A program made the translations under genes and the position numbers. The notes under the pieces are model-generated. The model searched no databases. It saw nothing but the letters and a program-made list of their open reading frames with translations, and was not told the origin of the DNA. Positions 28,524 through 38,188 of a stretch of DNA of 64,000 nt are shown one piece after another; positions within the stretch are counted from its first letter, which is position 1, and each line of letters opens with the position of its first letter. Source of the DNA: a virus (Duplodnaviria > Caudoviricetes); the IMG/VR virus record IMGVR_UViG_2925282926_000001, positions 59,086 to 123,085 of that record. One strand, written 5' to 3'.

Positions 28524-28930
28524 TAAACCGCCTCCTCTTCGTTATCTTCGATTTCTCCGTCAAACTCAACGCTAACCTCTCCGTACTCCCAACGCTTATA
28601 AACCGCCGCCATCTTCTCCGCCGCGTCATCGATCAACTTGGCGACTCCCTGCTGCGTAATTCCCATCTGACGCGCTGCTTCCGCTTGTGTAACGTCAATT
28701 CCGTATACAAACGCAATCGCTTCCGTCTGGCGATCTGTCAAGGCAGCGCTGTTAATTGCGCTATGCAAATCAACGAGGATACAGACCGCGTCATAATCGC
28801 CGCGAAAGCGAGCCGAGCTAATCCGGTGGCGATCGCGTAATAACGCCTTAACTCCGGCCGCGTCGTTTAGCGAGTATCTAACGTTGTAGCTGCGCGAACC
28901 CTTTTCTATGTCAATCTTCACATGACCGAT
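28523..28930 (-). CDS. Sigma-70 region-4-like HTH protein, probable late-gene activator; probable ATC start
   Basis: LTDRQTEAIAFVY...TQAEAARQMGITQQGV; AAGGGAG-N9-ATC GGT CAT GTG. Confidence 0.75.
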   Translation of the reverse strand: MGHVKIDIEKGSRSYNVRYSLNDAAGVKALLRDRHRISSARFRGDYDAVCILVDLHSAINSAALTDRQTEAIAFVYGIDVTQAEAARQMGITQQGVAKLIDDAAEKMAAVYKRWEYGEVSVEFDGEIEDNEEEAV

Positions 28931-29048
28931 GGTAATCCGCTCCCTTTTAACGATGAGAAGGCGCAGGCCGAGCGGATGATCTCACGTTAACAAGACACCG
29001 CCCGAGCCTGCCGCTCCTCTATCGTGAATTTTTTGAACACTTACGTTT

Positions 29049-29249
29049 TCATACGTATGACCGCGTAATCCCCAACTCGTTCTCTACGTACTGTACCTCG
29101 CAAAATCCGTCGTGTGTCTTCGCACCGCTTGCGTAAGATGTAACCGGATGACTGCGCTCAATCGGCTCGCCGCAATATACGCAGTAACCGACGATATCCA
29201 CACGTTCATCTGGCGGCTGGAAACGGTCAAGGCTCACGTTCATCATCAC
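29049..29249 (-). CDS. Small zinc-binding protein
   Basis: CVYCGEPI...H...C. Confidence 0.6.
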   Translation of the reverse strand: MMMNVSLDRFQPPDERVDIVGYCVYCGEPIERSHPVTSYASGAKTHDGFCEVQYVENELGITRSYV

Positions 29250-30250
29250 GCAGCCTCCGGCAAGGATCGCGCCAAGGCTGCGTTAAGTTGCTCCGCAAGC
29301 GCGACTCCGATCAGGTAAGAGACGCGCGATGCGACTCCGTTGCCAACGATGCGGTATTGCGCGGATAGCGAGATTGTTTCCGGAAGCACGTACGAGTCAG
29401 GTACGGACTGGATGCGGAGGCATTCGCGGACGGTGAAACGGCGCGGCTGTAATTGCGTAGTAATCTCCGATTCAAATAACGCATCCAAAGGATTTGAAAA
29501 TCGAGTTGTAACTGCTGAGCATGGTTTGTTCATTTTCTTGACCGGATGTTTTTTGATAAAAGAAGCATATCCGCCATTGTTGTAACGGCTTTGCACATGA
29601 GTAGTTAAGGGAAGACCTGGGTCCGGCAAATCTCCGATCACGTCACGCAATACCTGCGTACGATAATCCTCCGGTCTCGGCTCCGGAAACTTGAACGTAA
29701 TTCCGATATCTCTACGCACACCTACGATAAACACGCGCTCTCTTTTCTGTGCAACTCCGTAATCCCATGCGTTGATTAAGCGCCAGGACACGTTATATCC
29801 GATCTCCGCGAACTTTTCGATAAGCGCGTCAAATGTCGGGCGGTGCTTCTTCGTAATCAAACCCTTCACGTTTTCGAATACGAAGGCTTTCGGCTGCTTC
29901 CGTTCGATAATATCGAGGTACGTCCATACGAGTTTACCTCGTTCGCCCTCTTCGCCGGCTCCTGATCCTGCAACGCTATAGTCCTGGCATGGCGGTCCTC
30001 CTGCGAATATGTCCGCGTCAGGTATCTTCGCCTGAATCTCGTCGCTCGTAATGTCGCCGCAGACTACGTAATCTCCGAGGTTGTGTGCGTAAGCTTCTGC
30101 CGCGCGTTTATCGAAGTCATTTGCGAATGTGATATCGTAGCCGGCCGCCTTGAGTCCAACGGCCATCAGACCGCCGCCACAAAAGAACTCGGCGACCGTA
30201 AGGCCATTCGGCGGTAATTGCGGAGTAACGTTATAATTTCGGATGGTCAT
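29246..30250 (-). CDS. Orphan DNA (cytosine-5) methyltransferase
   Basis: FCGGG, GGPPCQ, FENVKG, QKRER, YRIVGNGV motifs; no adjacent restriction enzyme. Confidence 0.95.
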   Translation of the reverse strand: MTIRNYNVTPQLPPNGLTVAEFFCGGGLMAVGLKAAGYDITFANDFDKRAAEAYAHNLGDYVVCGDITSDEIQAKIPDADIFAGGPPCQDYSVAGSGAGEEGERGKLVWTYLDIIERKQPKAFVFENVKGLITKKHRPTFDALIEKFAEIGYNVSWRLINAWDYGVAQKRERVFIVGVRRDIGITFKFPEPRPEDYRTQVLRDVIGDLPDPGLPLTTHVQSRYNNGGYASFIKKHPVKKMNKPCSAVTTRFSNPLDALFESEITTQLQPRRFTVRECLRIQSVPDSYVLPETISLSAQYRIVGNGVASRVSYLIGVALAEQLNAALARSLPEAA

Positions 30251-30403
30251 CGTCTCCTCTCGTTTCTTCCGTATCCTTCCGCTTCTGCAGCGGAGTCCGA
30301 TCGTCGTATTCGCGTCCTTCTAACGCGTCGATCCGCCCATTTACGTAGCCGGCCTCGTAGCCTTTTCGCCACTCTTCCGCGATGTTAAGCGTCGTTTTCG
30401 TAC

Positions 30404-30961
30404 TCATGCGGCATCACTTCCGGATAACTGGCGTACTATCTCGTCAATCTGCGCATAAAGCTCCGGCAGGCCCGCATCGTTAACGACCGTAAAGTCCGCC
30501 GCGTAATCGTCGAGCGCCGTCTCCGTGCCGTGCGTAAGGTCGCGCAGGTTAAATCGGTCGCCTGACGTGATGGCGCGTTGGATGCGGAGGGCTTCCGGTG
30601 CTTCGACGCGGATGAGAACGTAGCCTTCCGATTTCAACCGTTCAGCCTCGTTTAACTGACGCGTGTCTGTAATAACTGCGCGGATGTCCGCATTATGACG
30701 CGCTAACTCAATCCCTTCGAGACATTCGTTGATCCAAACGTCTTCTCCGTAGTATTCGCGCATGAGCTGTCCGTGCATTTGGTAGCCGACGCGTGGTTTA
30801 GGTTCGCGTGGAATCTCGCGGTAACGGCGGTGGAAGTCGCGCTTAAGCTCGTCGCCGAATGCGAACGCGGTGTAGCCGTATTTTGACGCGAGGTAATCTC
30901 CCGCGGCCGACTTCCCTGAACGAAGCTTTCCGATCAATCCGATGTTAGGCAGCGCGCCCAT
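30404..30961 (-). CDS. Deoxynucleoside monophosphate kinase-like P-loop protein
   Basis: GKLRSGKS, AFGDELK, ITDTR..NE, H.TE.AL. Confidence 0.8.
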   Translation of the reverse strand: MGALPNIGLIGKLRSGKSAAGDYLASKYGYTAFAFGDELKRDFHRRYREIPREPKPRVGYQMHGQLMREYYGEDVWINECLEGIELARHNADIRAVITDTRQLNEAERLKSEGYVLIRVEAPEALRIQRAITSGDRFNLRDLTHGTETALDDYAADFTVVNDAGLPELYAQIDEIVRQLSGSDAA

Positions 30962-30962
30962 A

Positions 30963-32183
30963 TTACGCCACCTCCTTCCGTGGCTCTGCGCTGTCTGACT
31001 CGCGGCTGTCGTCGATAATAGATGCGTCGCATGAAATAGCCGTTGAGAGATACGTAAATTTACGCGTATCTAGATTAGTGAACGGAAAATCAGCGACTAC
31101 GGCAGCGACACGCGCTGTATTACTTGCGCCATATTTAACGATATCCCCAACGCGTACTTCCGTAGGTTGCGGCGCGCTAACGTACTCTTCCGGAATCTCC
31201 AAGCCGAGCGCACGTCTTAACGCTACCACTTTACCGATCCACACGTTGAATACGTCGCCTGGCGCACATTTTGCGAAGCCTAACGCGCGTTTCTTTCGAT
31301 TGCCGTACGCTTCAAATCCGAGAACAACGACCGTACGTTTACCCCGGTTAACTACGAACTCTTCGATAACAACGGTGTTAAACGGACCTCCACGTCTATG
31401 AGCGAATCCGTCTTCGTCGATAAGGCGTGACACGTCATCCTTCGCACGCTTAACGATGTCATCACGGATTTCTTGCGGAGACTTAATCGTGCATTTTGTA
31501 AACGAAGGATGTGACGCTGGCTTATCGGCTCTCCGCGGAGTAGGCTTAGCGTTGGCAACTTCGAGCAGGGACACACGTCTTTCGAGCGAAGCCACTCGCG
31601 TCGTTAAAGCCGCGATAATCTCGGCCGCTTGTTCAGGCGCGGGCTTGGCGGAGAGAGGTTCGGGTTGTTGTGCGGATTCTGCGCTTTCTACCGGTTCAAG
31701 TACGCGGTATTCACTTCGATAAACGAACACCCACGTTTCGTCCGTATATACGCCGTCTTTATAGTTCCCAAGCCGATTGACCGTCATAATATTACCGTTC
31801 CGATACGCGTCTGTAGCGGTCTTTGCGTCAATGATAATAACGCGCTCGCCCACCGTGGCTTTCCGATCGACCATGCGGAAGCGGGCGCCGTTGATGCGAA
31901 TGATGTCCGATGGTTCGAGCGTTACGTACGAAGTGTGGTCCGTGTTAAGGAACCCGTCACTGTCGTGTGTTAGCGTCGTGTCGATAGAACCGTCATCGAA
32001 CTGGTCATTGCGCGTACACTTTCCGATCGAATCTACGACAGCCGGACCATAATCCTCAGCAACCGTGGTCACCTTAACGTACTCACCAACGTCTGCCCAC
32101 CGCTTAACCTCGCGATACTCACGCTCAACGACGCGTCCTGCACCGCTGAGGTTTTCGTCTTTCAATACGGTAATATTCGTCAT
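30963..32183 (-). CDS. Modular SH3-like repeat protein (paralog 1)
   Basis: YREVKR/EYRVLEP modules plus AKCAPGDVFN..IGK..ALRRALG domain. Confidence 0.7.
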   Translation of the reverse strand: MTNITVLKDENLSGAGRVVEREYREVKRWADVGEYVKVTTVAEDYGPAVVDSIGKCTRNDQFDDGSIDTTLTHDSDGFLNTDHTSYVTLEPSDIIRINGARFRMVDRKATVGERVIIIDAKTATDAYRNGNIMTVNRLGNYKDGVYTDETWVFVYRSEYRVLEPVESAESAQQPEPLSAKPAPEQAAEIIAALTTRVASLERRVSLLEVANAKPTPRRADKPASHPSFTKCTIKSPQEIRDDIVKRAKDDVSRLIDEDGFAHRRGGPFNTVVIEEFVVNRGKRTVVVLGFEAYGNRKKRALGFAKCAPGDVFNVWIGKVVALRRALGLEIPEEYVSAPQPTEVRVGDIVKYGASNTARVAAVVADFPFTNLDTRKFTYLSTAISCDASIIDDSRESDSAEPRKEVA

Positions 32184-32206
32184 ATACAAATCCGCTCCCT
32201 TATCGT

Positions 32207-32656
32207 TTAGTTATCGATTTTAACGCGTACTTTCTGGCGACCGAACTGGCGCGCTTCCTTCTCCGACGCGACTAATACGTCAAGCTTGCGGCCTTTAATC
32301 AAACTTCCGGTATCCTCCGCAATCGCTGCGATCTCCGTACCGTCTGCCAAACGGATCGTTAGCGGAGTATGAAGCGGGATCACGCGCTTATCAACGGCCA
32401 CAACGCGCCGCCCTTCGTGTGTGATCGTGTTCCTTACGTCGAGCTCCGTATAAGTCCAACCGCTGCATCCTTCGGAACATAGCGCAATATAAGCGGTCGC
32501 TTCGTACGTTGTCCACACGTCTTCCTTCGCAGATTTGCCTGTTACCTGCGAAGATTTTTCGGCCGGTTGCGTAGGTTCGTTCGGAGGGATTCCGTTAACT
32601 GCGTTCAATCCGATTGACATTGCGAGTATGATTTGCGCGATTATACTTAGCGAGAT
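32207..32656 (-). CDS. Secreted 3D-domain (MltA/Stp-like) cell-wall protein; probable ATC start
   Basis: EATAY...VAVDKRVIPL...AEDTG..IKGRKLDV; ATC start supplies the signal peptide. Confidence 0.88.
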   Translation of the reverse strand: MSLSIIAQIILAMSIGLNAVNGIPPNEPTQPAEKSSQVTGKSAKEDVWTTYEATAYIALCSEGCSGWTYTELDVRNTITHEGRRVVAVDKRVIPLHTPLTIRLADGTEIAAIAEDTGSLIKGRKLDVLVASEKEARQFGRQKVRVKIDN

Positions 32657-32675
32657 TAGTTCGCCTCCTTGGTTG

Positions 32676-32966
32676 TTAAACGTCGTAATCGTAAAAGTTA
32701 GCTATGCGCAGCTCCTCGATCAATAACGTTGCCTCACGTGGATTGACGCCGGAGCTTTCCGCCATGATTTCGCCGTTCAATACGTCGTCAGGCGTCTTGG
32801 CTGCGATAACTACTCCGGTGACTTCGCCAGCCCGCGCTAACTCTGCGTAACGTTCGAGCAGCGAAATGACGGCGGCCTGCGCCTCTTGTTCCGGAGTTGG
32901 ACGTGGTACGAACGGGAGGACTTCGGCTAGGCGGCGCGGTTCATCCGTTTTGATTTCGTTTGTCAT
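32676..32966 (-). CDS. Hypothetical protein
   Basis: GGAGG SD, operon context. Confidence 0.6.
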   Translation of the reverse strand: MTNEIKTDEPRRLAEVLPFVPRPTPEQEAQAAVISLLERYAELARAGEVTGVVIAAKTPDDVLNGEIMAESSGVNPREATLLIEELRIANFYDYDV

Positions 32967-33107
32967 CCGCAGGCACCTCCGCCCATATTTGTTTCGCGAG
33001 GATAATTCCGACTAGGTAAGCGATAAAACTTTCCGCAGGGCTTGCGTCAAATACGATGAATGCGAACTGTTGCGTAATTGTGCCGAGCAATAACGTGGCG
33101 ATCAGTT

Positions 33108-33830
33108 TCATTCCGCGTCCTCCTTTTTCGTAAGCAACTCGCCAATTGATACGGGGAACCGCGCCTCAATCAACGTGAGAACCGCCTTGGCGTACGCTTG
33201 AATTTCAGCCTGCGCATCATGTTCGAGACGTTGCGCCAGGAAATGCGCGATACTCTGCAGGCTCGCGGTCCAGTACCAGCGGACGTACATTCCGTAAGCG
33301 GGAAGGAATAAGCGCGCTTGCTCTGCGCAGATACCATTCGCAAGAGCCCATTCGTAAAACTCCATACCCATCGCGACTGAATCGTCAAGCTTCTTCATCG
33401 CCTCACTTCCGATCCGCGTGGCGACAGGTTCTCCGCTTCCTTGCTTCGAGTTTTCCGGAGCGCCGCGCCACTGACCAGAGGTAGGTACGTAGAACACCGG
33501 CTCCTCCGTAATGTAACGGCGGCTACTCTCGTTCCAGGCGTCAAGACTATCGCCGGCACCTTCTTGATGCGCGGAGCCTATAATGTATTTGAACCACTGA
33601 CGAGCAACCATTAGGGGCGCATAAACCTCGAATTGAGCGATCGCGTGGCGGAATGGACTCGTGTGTCCTTCGCGTGCCAGGAACTTAATAAGGCGTACGT
33701 CGCGTTCCGTGAGTACCTGCGATTCCTTTGCGTATGAGACGCGGGCGGCATTAACCGGAGTCAAGTCCGTTCCCATTGCGTCGACTAAGCGAACATATCC
33801 GTTATCCAAAACGTTGATTTTAGCGGTCAA
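33108..33830 (-). CDS. thyX: Flavin-dependent thymidylate synthase
   Basis: NAARVSY, GHTSPF, VARQW, WNESSRRY, EQARLFLP, AQAEI. Confidence 0.93.
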   Translation of the reverse strand: MTAKINVLDNGYVRLVDAMGTDLTPVNAARVSYAKESQVLTERDVRLIKFLAREGHTSPFRHAIAQFEVYAPLMVARQWFKYIIGSAHQEGAGDSLDAWNESSRRYITEEPVFYVPTSGQWRGAPENSKQGSGEPVATRIGSEAMKKLDDSVAMGMEFYEWALANGICAEQARLFLPAYGMYVRWYWTASLQSIAHFLAQRLEHDAQAEIQAYAKAVLTLIEARFPVSIGELLTKKEDAE

Positions 33831-34054
33831 TTAGCGTCATCTCCCTTGCGTGTGATTTTAAACTTCGCTTTAATCCCACCAAACAGGACGAGCGGTAACC
33901 AAAGTAGCGCGACAATTACCAGGAACATGCGTTGAATTAGCGGCGATCTTTCTAGTTCCCCCGCGCCTTCCATATCCGGATCAATTACGCCGAACTTTGC
34001 GAAGGCAATCGCGATAATCATTCCTATCGCTAGGTAAACGCTGATTACGATCAT
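33827..34054 (-). CDS. Small membrane protein
   Basis: Two hydrophobic segments. Confidence 0.6.
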   Translation of the reverse strand: MIVISVYLAIGMIIAIAFAKFGVIDPDMEGAGELERSPLIQRMFLVIVALLWLPLVLFGGIKAKFKITRKGDDAN

Positions 34055-34147
34055 GAGCTACCTCCTATCGTATAATCGTCCGGACTATGAGTCCGATCCA
34101 AACCGTCGTACAGTATGCGGTGATGATTGCGTAGGTGTAGCGTTTAG

Positions 34148-34504
34148 TCAAATTGCGTAACCTTCCTTCGCGCTTGTTCCGTCCTGCCGCGCATGATTCT
34201 CCGCGTTCTTTTCGAGGTAGATAGCGTAGACATCCTCCGCCGTGAGTCCGACTTTATCCGAGAGGCTGACGAGGAAATGCCACATATCGATTACTTCGCC
34301 TTTTAGCGCGTCACCATCGATCGGCTTCGGATTCTTCCACCACTTCCAGTTAACTTCGCGCCGGATCTCGTCGATTTCCGATTCCATTGCGAGCGTGATT
34401 CCGATTACCCATTCGTCAACCGTCTTTTCGATTCCGCGCTCCTGGGTAATACGTCGATCAAGCGCGTTCTGCATTGCGAAAATGTGCGTTAGTTTGTCGT
34501 TCAA
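34148..34504 (-). CDS. Dimeric (all-alpha) dUTPase
   Basis: Q..LD, EIDE...WKWWK, EVIDMWHF, KNAENHARQ. Confidence 0.9.
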   Translation of the reverse strand: MNDKLTHIFAMQNALDRRITQERGIEKTVDEWVIGITLAMESEIDEIRREVNWKWWKNPKPIDGDALKGEVIDMWHFLVSLSDKVGLTAEDVYAIYLEKNAENHARQDGTSAKEGYAI

Positions 34505-34686
34505 ATACGATCACTCCTTCGTTATAGTAACGTCCATACCACGATTAATCCCGCAACCACTACCGCAATCGCCGCCCAATCACGCGCATCCTGTTCGCGT
34601 TCAATGCGTTCGGCTGACGTTGTTCTGACGCTGTAACCGGTCGGCGTGCGTTCGAATTTATACGCCATGGGACGCGCCTCCTTTCG

Positions 34687-35208
34687 TTATCCGGTATCCT
34701 CCGCTAATGTAACTTCTTCGTTGAGGCGGTCTTCTGGGATTTCGTTCAGAATCGCAAACTCTCCGAAATACATCCTAGCCGCGTTGTTATAAGCGATAGC
34801 TGCCTCTACTGGGTCGTCAAAGCACCCTAAATGAATCTTCCTGTAGTTGACAGTGATCTGAGCGGTATATCCTGGGTTTTTGCGAGCTTTGTAGACTGCT
34901 ACTCCCTTAAAACCAGTTTTGTTAGTTGATGATATTTGCGTGTTAAAGGAGTTCTGTTGGTCTGTGACTACGCGAAGGTTATCCCGCCTGTTGTCCCATG
35001 GAACGCCGTTGATATGGTCTACGATTTGCCCAGGATTTGCTCCAACAATTAGTCGATGCATCTTCTCGGTTGTATTCCTACCATCCCTCACTCTCCGGAT
35101 AGCGTAACCTCGTGAATCATCAGACCACTTTGTCTCGCTAAGCCAGCCGTAGTCCTCATCGTCGACTAGTGCCTTCTTACCGTTAGAGAGTTCTATTTCC
35201 CTTACCAT
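34687..35208 (-). CDS. HNH-AP2 homing endonuclease (free-standing)
   Basis: MHRLI...VDHING...DNRRDNLR, then GFKGV...HLGCF....EAAIAYN...FGEFA. Confidence 0.92.
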   Translation of the reverse strand: MVREIELSNGKKALVDDEDYGWLSETKWSDDSRGYAIRRVRDGRNTTEKMHRLIVGANPGQIVDHINGVPWDNRRDNLRVVTDQQNSFNTQISSTNKTGFKGVAVYKARKNPGYTAQITVNYRKIHLGCFDDPVEAAIAYNNAARMYFGEFAILNEIPEDRLNEEVTLAEDTG

Positions 35209-35855
35209 GCTAATTCATCCGCCTTTTGGGCAAGTTGACCTCGGAAGTTTACGGTAAGTTCGCAAACATTCGCGTAAGGCTCGTTACGGAAATGGTCAAT
35301 ATATGGAGAGAAACCGGACTTACTCTCGTCTGGCAAATCGCACTGGATCGTTGATCCTTCGACCACAACTGTGCACGAATCATGGCAACGGGTTAATAAC
35401 TTTTTGAGTTCCCCTCGAGTAAAGTTCTGCGCTTCGCTGATTACAACCGTCTTATCCTTGATATTTATTCCACGCGCAAATATATGGCTCATCGGATACA
35501 CCCAGTGGTCTCCGCGCTTCATAGCCGCAAAGTCTTCCGGATTAAATATCGCTTTCTCCGGAGTCTCGCCGATCTCTGCCAGCGCATCGGTCAGCGGAGT
35601 GATATACGCGGCTTCCTTTTCGCGCTGTGTGCCGGGACGGAATCCCATGCGGCCTTCTTCGACCGGAGAGAACACGTATACTAGCGGCTTGCCGATCAAC
35701 TTCGCGGCAGCTACGGCGAGCGTCGTTTTACCCGTGCCGGACTTCGCGTTAACGAACGTGATACGGTTATCGAAAATGCTATCGACGTATATGCGTTGCT
35801 CAGGCGTTAACTTATCGCGGAATCCGAAGAACATCGTATCTTTTGGTAGCGGCAT
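35202..35855 (-). CDS. phoH: PhoH-family ATPase
   Basis: AKSGTGKT, GFRPG, RG..., EAQN, G...QCD. Confidence 0.9.
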   Translation of the reverse strand: MPLPKDTMFFGFRDKLTPEQRIYVDSIFDNRITFVNAKSGTGKTTLAVAAAKLIGKPLVYVFSPVEEGRMGFRPGTQREKEAAYITPLTDALAEIGETPEKAIFNPEDFAAMKRGDHWVYPMSHIFARGINIKDKTVVISEAQNFTRGELKKLLTRCHDSCTVVVEGSTIQCDLPDESKSGFSPYIDHFRNEPYANVCELTVNFRGQLAQKADELAW

Positions 35856-36170
35856 GGATTGTGGCCTCCTTAGCGTTATTTGGCTTCGAGTACAACGTCT
35901 CCGTCGTATTTAACGTCAATATTAGTCGTCATCGTTCCAGCGTCATAACCTTCCCACACGTAGACTTTCGCGTCTGGCGGAAAGTCCGCTAATTCTTCGA
36001 TCAATTCTGCGATAGTCACGCGCCCACCTCCTCGATTACGATTTGACCTTCGCCAACCTCACGCAATTGAATATCCGTTGTTAGACGTTGTCCTTCCGGC
36101 CGCCATACGAGGATTTGCGCACCGCCCGGGAGATGTGAGCGTGTGAGTGCGATGATGAGATCGTCTTTGG

Positions 36171-37052
36171 TCACGCGGCTTCACCGTCCTTAGCGCCTTC
36201 TTGCGTGTAGTCAGCGTCAGTGTCGTCGATGATTGCGCAGTTCTTTACCTCCGAGTTATATCCGTTAGTGAACACGTATGCCTTACCGTCCATTAAGGTA
36301 CGTTCAACAACGCGAGTCGTACCGATGTGCGCGCCGCTAACCTTACGGATAATAACGCCGGCTACCGCTTTCTCCGGCTTCGGCGCATTCACAAACGCCT
36401 CCGTCAGCGTCAGTCCGAGCGCACGTTCTGCCGCGATTGCCTTGCCGATGTCTGCGTTGAATACGTCGTCAGGCGCACACTTTGCGATGCCTACTGCGTC
36501 GGGCTTGCGGCGGTTACCAGAAACGTGTACGAGCGCTGTTACGGTGCGCTTGTCGCGATTAACGTGAAACTCTACGTTGAAGTAGCGGTAATGAAACGGA
36601 GTACCCTTCGGAAGGTCTTCGTGGAGCGAGTTACCGATGCGTTTTAACTCCGCCACCCTTTCGCGAGCCATTTCGATAACCTTGGCGCGAGTTAAGGACT
36701 CCGTTACCTCTACGGCCGGCTCCGCTTCCTCCGCACTATCAACCGGATCGATCTCCGCCAAGTATTTACGTACGGCGCCGGCATTGTCACGGATGAATTG
36801 CGCGAAGAGGTCCGGGAGATTTGCGGTTGTCGGCGCGATCGGTTCGAGTACTACGTATTCGCGGTGGAAGATACCGGCACGCTCACTTTTCGATGTGACT
36901 GCGCGTACTCCCGACGGTTCCACGGAATCTACTACGAGTTCATCACCATTTTTGTAGCGGCCTCCACTAAGCACCGCGGCTACGATCTTAATGCGTTCAC
37001 CTGCGTTGGCTTTGCGTTGAACTTCGCGGAATGTTTGAGTTGCGTTGGACAT
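36171..37052 (-). CDS. Modular SH3-like repeat protein (paralog 2)
   Basis: FREVQRKANAGERI...EYVVLEP plus AKCAPDDVFN..IGK.IA..RALG. Confidence 0.7.
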   Translation of the reverse strand: MSNATQTFREVQRKANAGERIKIVAAVLSGGRYKNGDELVVDSVEPSGVRAVTSKSERAGIFHREYVVLEPIAPTTANLPDLFAQFIRDNAGAVRKYLAEIDPVDSAEEAEPAVEVTESLTRAKVIEMARERVAELKRIGNSLHEDLPKGTPFHYRYFNVEFHVNRDKRTVTALVHVSGNRRKPDAVGIAKCAPDDVFNADIGKAIAAERALGLTLTEAFVNAPKPEKAVAGVIIRKVSGAHIGTTRVVERTLMDGKAYVFTNGYNSEVKNCAIIDDTDADYTQEGAKDGEAA

Positions 37053-37100
37053 CGTATCATCTCCGTTTCGTTTGAGTGAGACGCGAGTGCTTTGCGCCTT

Positions 37101-37140
37101 ATACTACCTTGTTGCCGGTCAAACGTATTTCGCACACTTT
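37101..37140 (-). promoter_or_regulatory. Phage-specific promoter motif, copy 1
   Basis: GTGTGCGAAA-N7-GACCGGCAACAAGGTAGTAT just after the nrdF terminator. Confidence 0.75.
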
Positions 37141-37154
37141 TACGTAAAATAAAA

Positions 37155-37192
37155 CAAAAAAAATAACGGAGCAGCCTGAAGGCCCTCCGTTA
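37155..37192 (-). terminator. Terminator after nrdF
   Basis: TAACGGAG...CTCCGTTA followed by T-tract. Confidence 0.75.
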
Positions 37193-37200
37193 GTGTCCAT

Positions 37201-38163
37201 TTATACCGCGAAATCCGCGTCAGTAAGCGGTACGATATTGACCGCCTTCTGATATCCGTTACCCTTTTTCGAAAAGAAATCGTGTATCTTCGTTGCGGTA
37301 TTAATCCCGTTGAGTACGATCGGATTGATATCTTCGTCAGGGAAATGCGTAGGCCGTCCGAGGTTCATCAACGCACGATTAAAGTTATAACGTAAGAATC
37401 GCAGCACGTCCTCCTCTAATCCGATTGGCGCGTACAAATCAACGGTATAGCCCGCTTCATTATCGTAGAGCCTACGCAATAATGCCGCTACCTCACGGTC
37501 AAGCTCCGCCTGAGTTTCCGCAGGCAGTTCCGCATATACCTCGCGCGCCAACGTTCCGATGTATTGTCCGTGCACCGCCTCATCGCGCATAATCAAATCG
37601 ATAATTTCACCGCTAGCCGTCATCTTGCCGCGTCCTGCGAGTAGCAGCGGATAGTAGAATCCGGAATAGAACAGCGCTGATTCCAAGAACACTGACGCAA
37701 CCATCGCCATGTATAAGCGCTCCGGTGACGTGATGGAGCGGTAGTAACCGCCGATAATTTCGCCTTTACGTTGGAGGAACGGATTGGCTACGGTCCATTC
37801 GAATACGCGGTCGGATTCTTCCGTTGACGTCAGTGTTGCGAAGATAGCGCTATATGACTTCGCGTGGATATGCTCCATCATTCCCATGAACGATAGGACC
37901 GCCTTCTTCTGCGCGGATTCAACGTGCTGCATGATTAGCGGCATCCCCTCCGAACCTTGCTCCGTATCCAGGAACGTCAGGCCGCCGAGTACCTTCTTAT
38001 ATACGTCGCGTTCCGTATCGCTAAGCGCCATCCACGCCATCTTATCGTCATCTAGCGGGATTTCATGTTCTCGCCATATCTGCATGAAGTTCTGATCGAG
38101 GAAATCCTCGGAGTAATCGTCGTCAGGTCGGTTCCAGTTAACAGCGCGGATAATGTTCGTCAT
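37201..38163 (-). CDS. nrdF: Class Ib ribonucleotide reductase beta subunit
   Basis: AVNWN, GLTFLDT.Q, EHIHAKSY, FYSGFY, RDEAVHG, HDFFSKKGNGY. Confidence 0.97.
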   Translation of the reverse strand: MTNIIRAVNWNRPDDDYSEDFLDQNFMQIWREHEIPLDDDKMAWMALSDTERDVYKKVLGGLTFLDTEQGSEGMPLIMQHVESAQKKAVLSFMGMMEHIHAKSYSAIFATLTSTEESDRVFEWTVANPFLQRKGEIIGGYYRSITSPERLYMAMVASVFLESALFYSGFYYPLLLAGRGKMTASGEIIDLIMRDEAVHGQYIGTLAREVYAELPAETQAELDREVAALLRRLYDNEAGYTVDLYAPIGLEEDVLRFLRYNFNRALMNLGRPTHFPDEDINPIVLNGINTATKIHDFFSKKGNGYQKAVNIVPLTDADFAV

Positions 38164-38188
38164 GTAAAATATCAGTCCCCTTTCGAAT

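Noticed and set aside
29246-30250. Restriction-modification system; ATC start for the methyltransferase
   Set aside because: No adjacent restriction enzyme; an in-frame ATG lies near the SD, so it was not counted among the non-canonical starts
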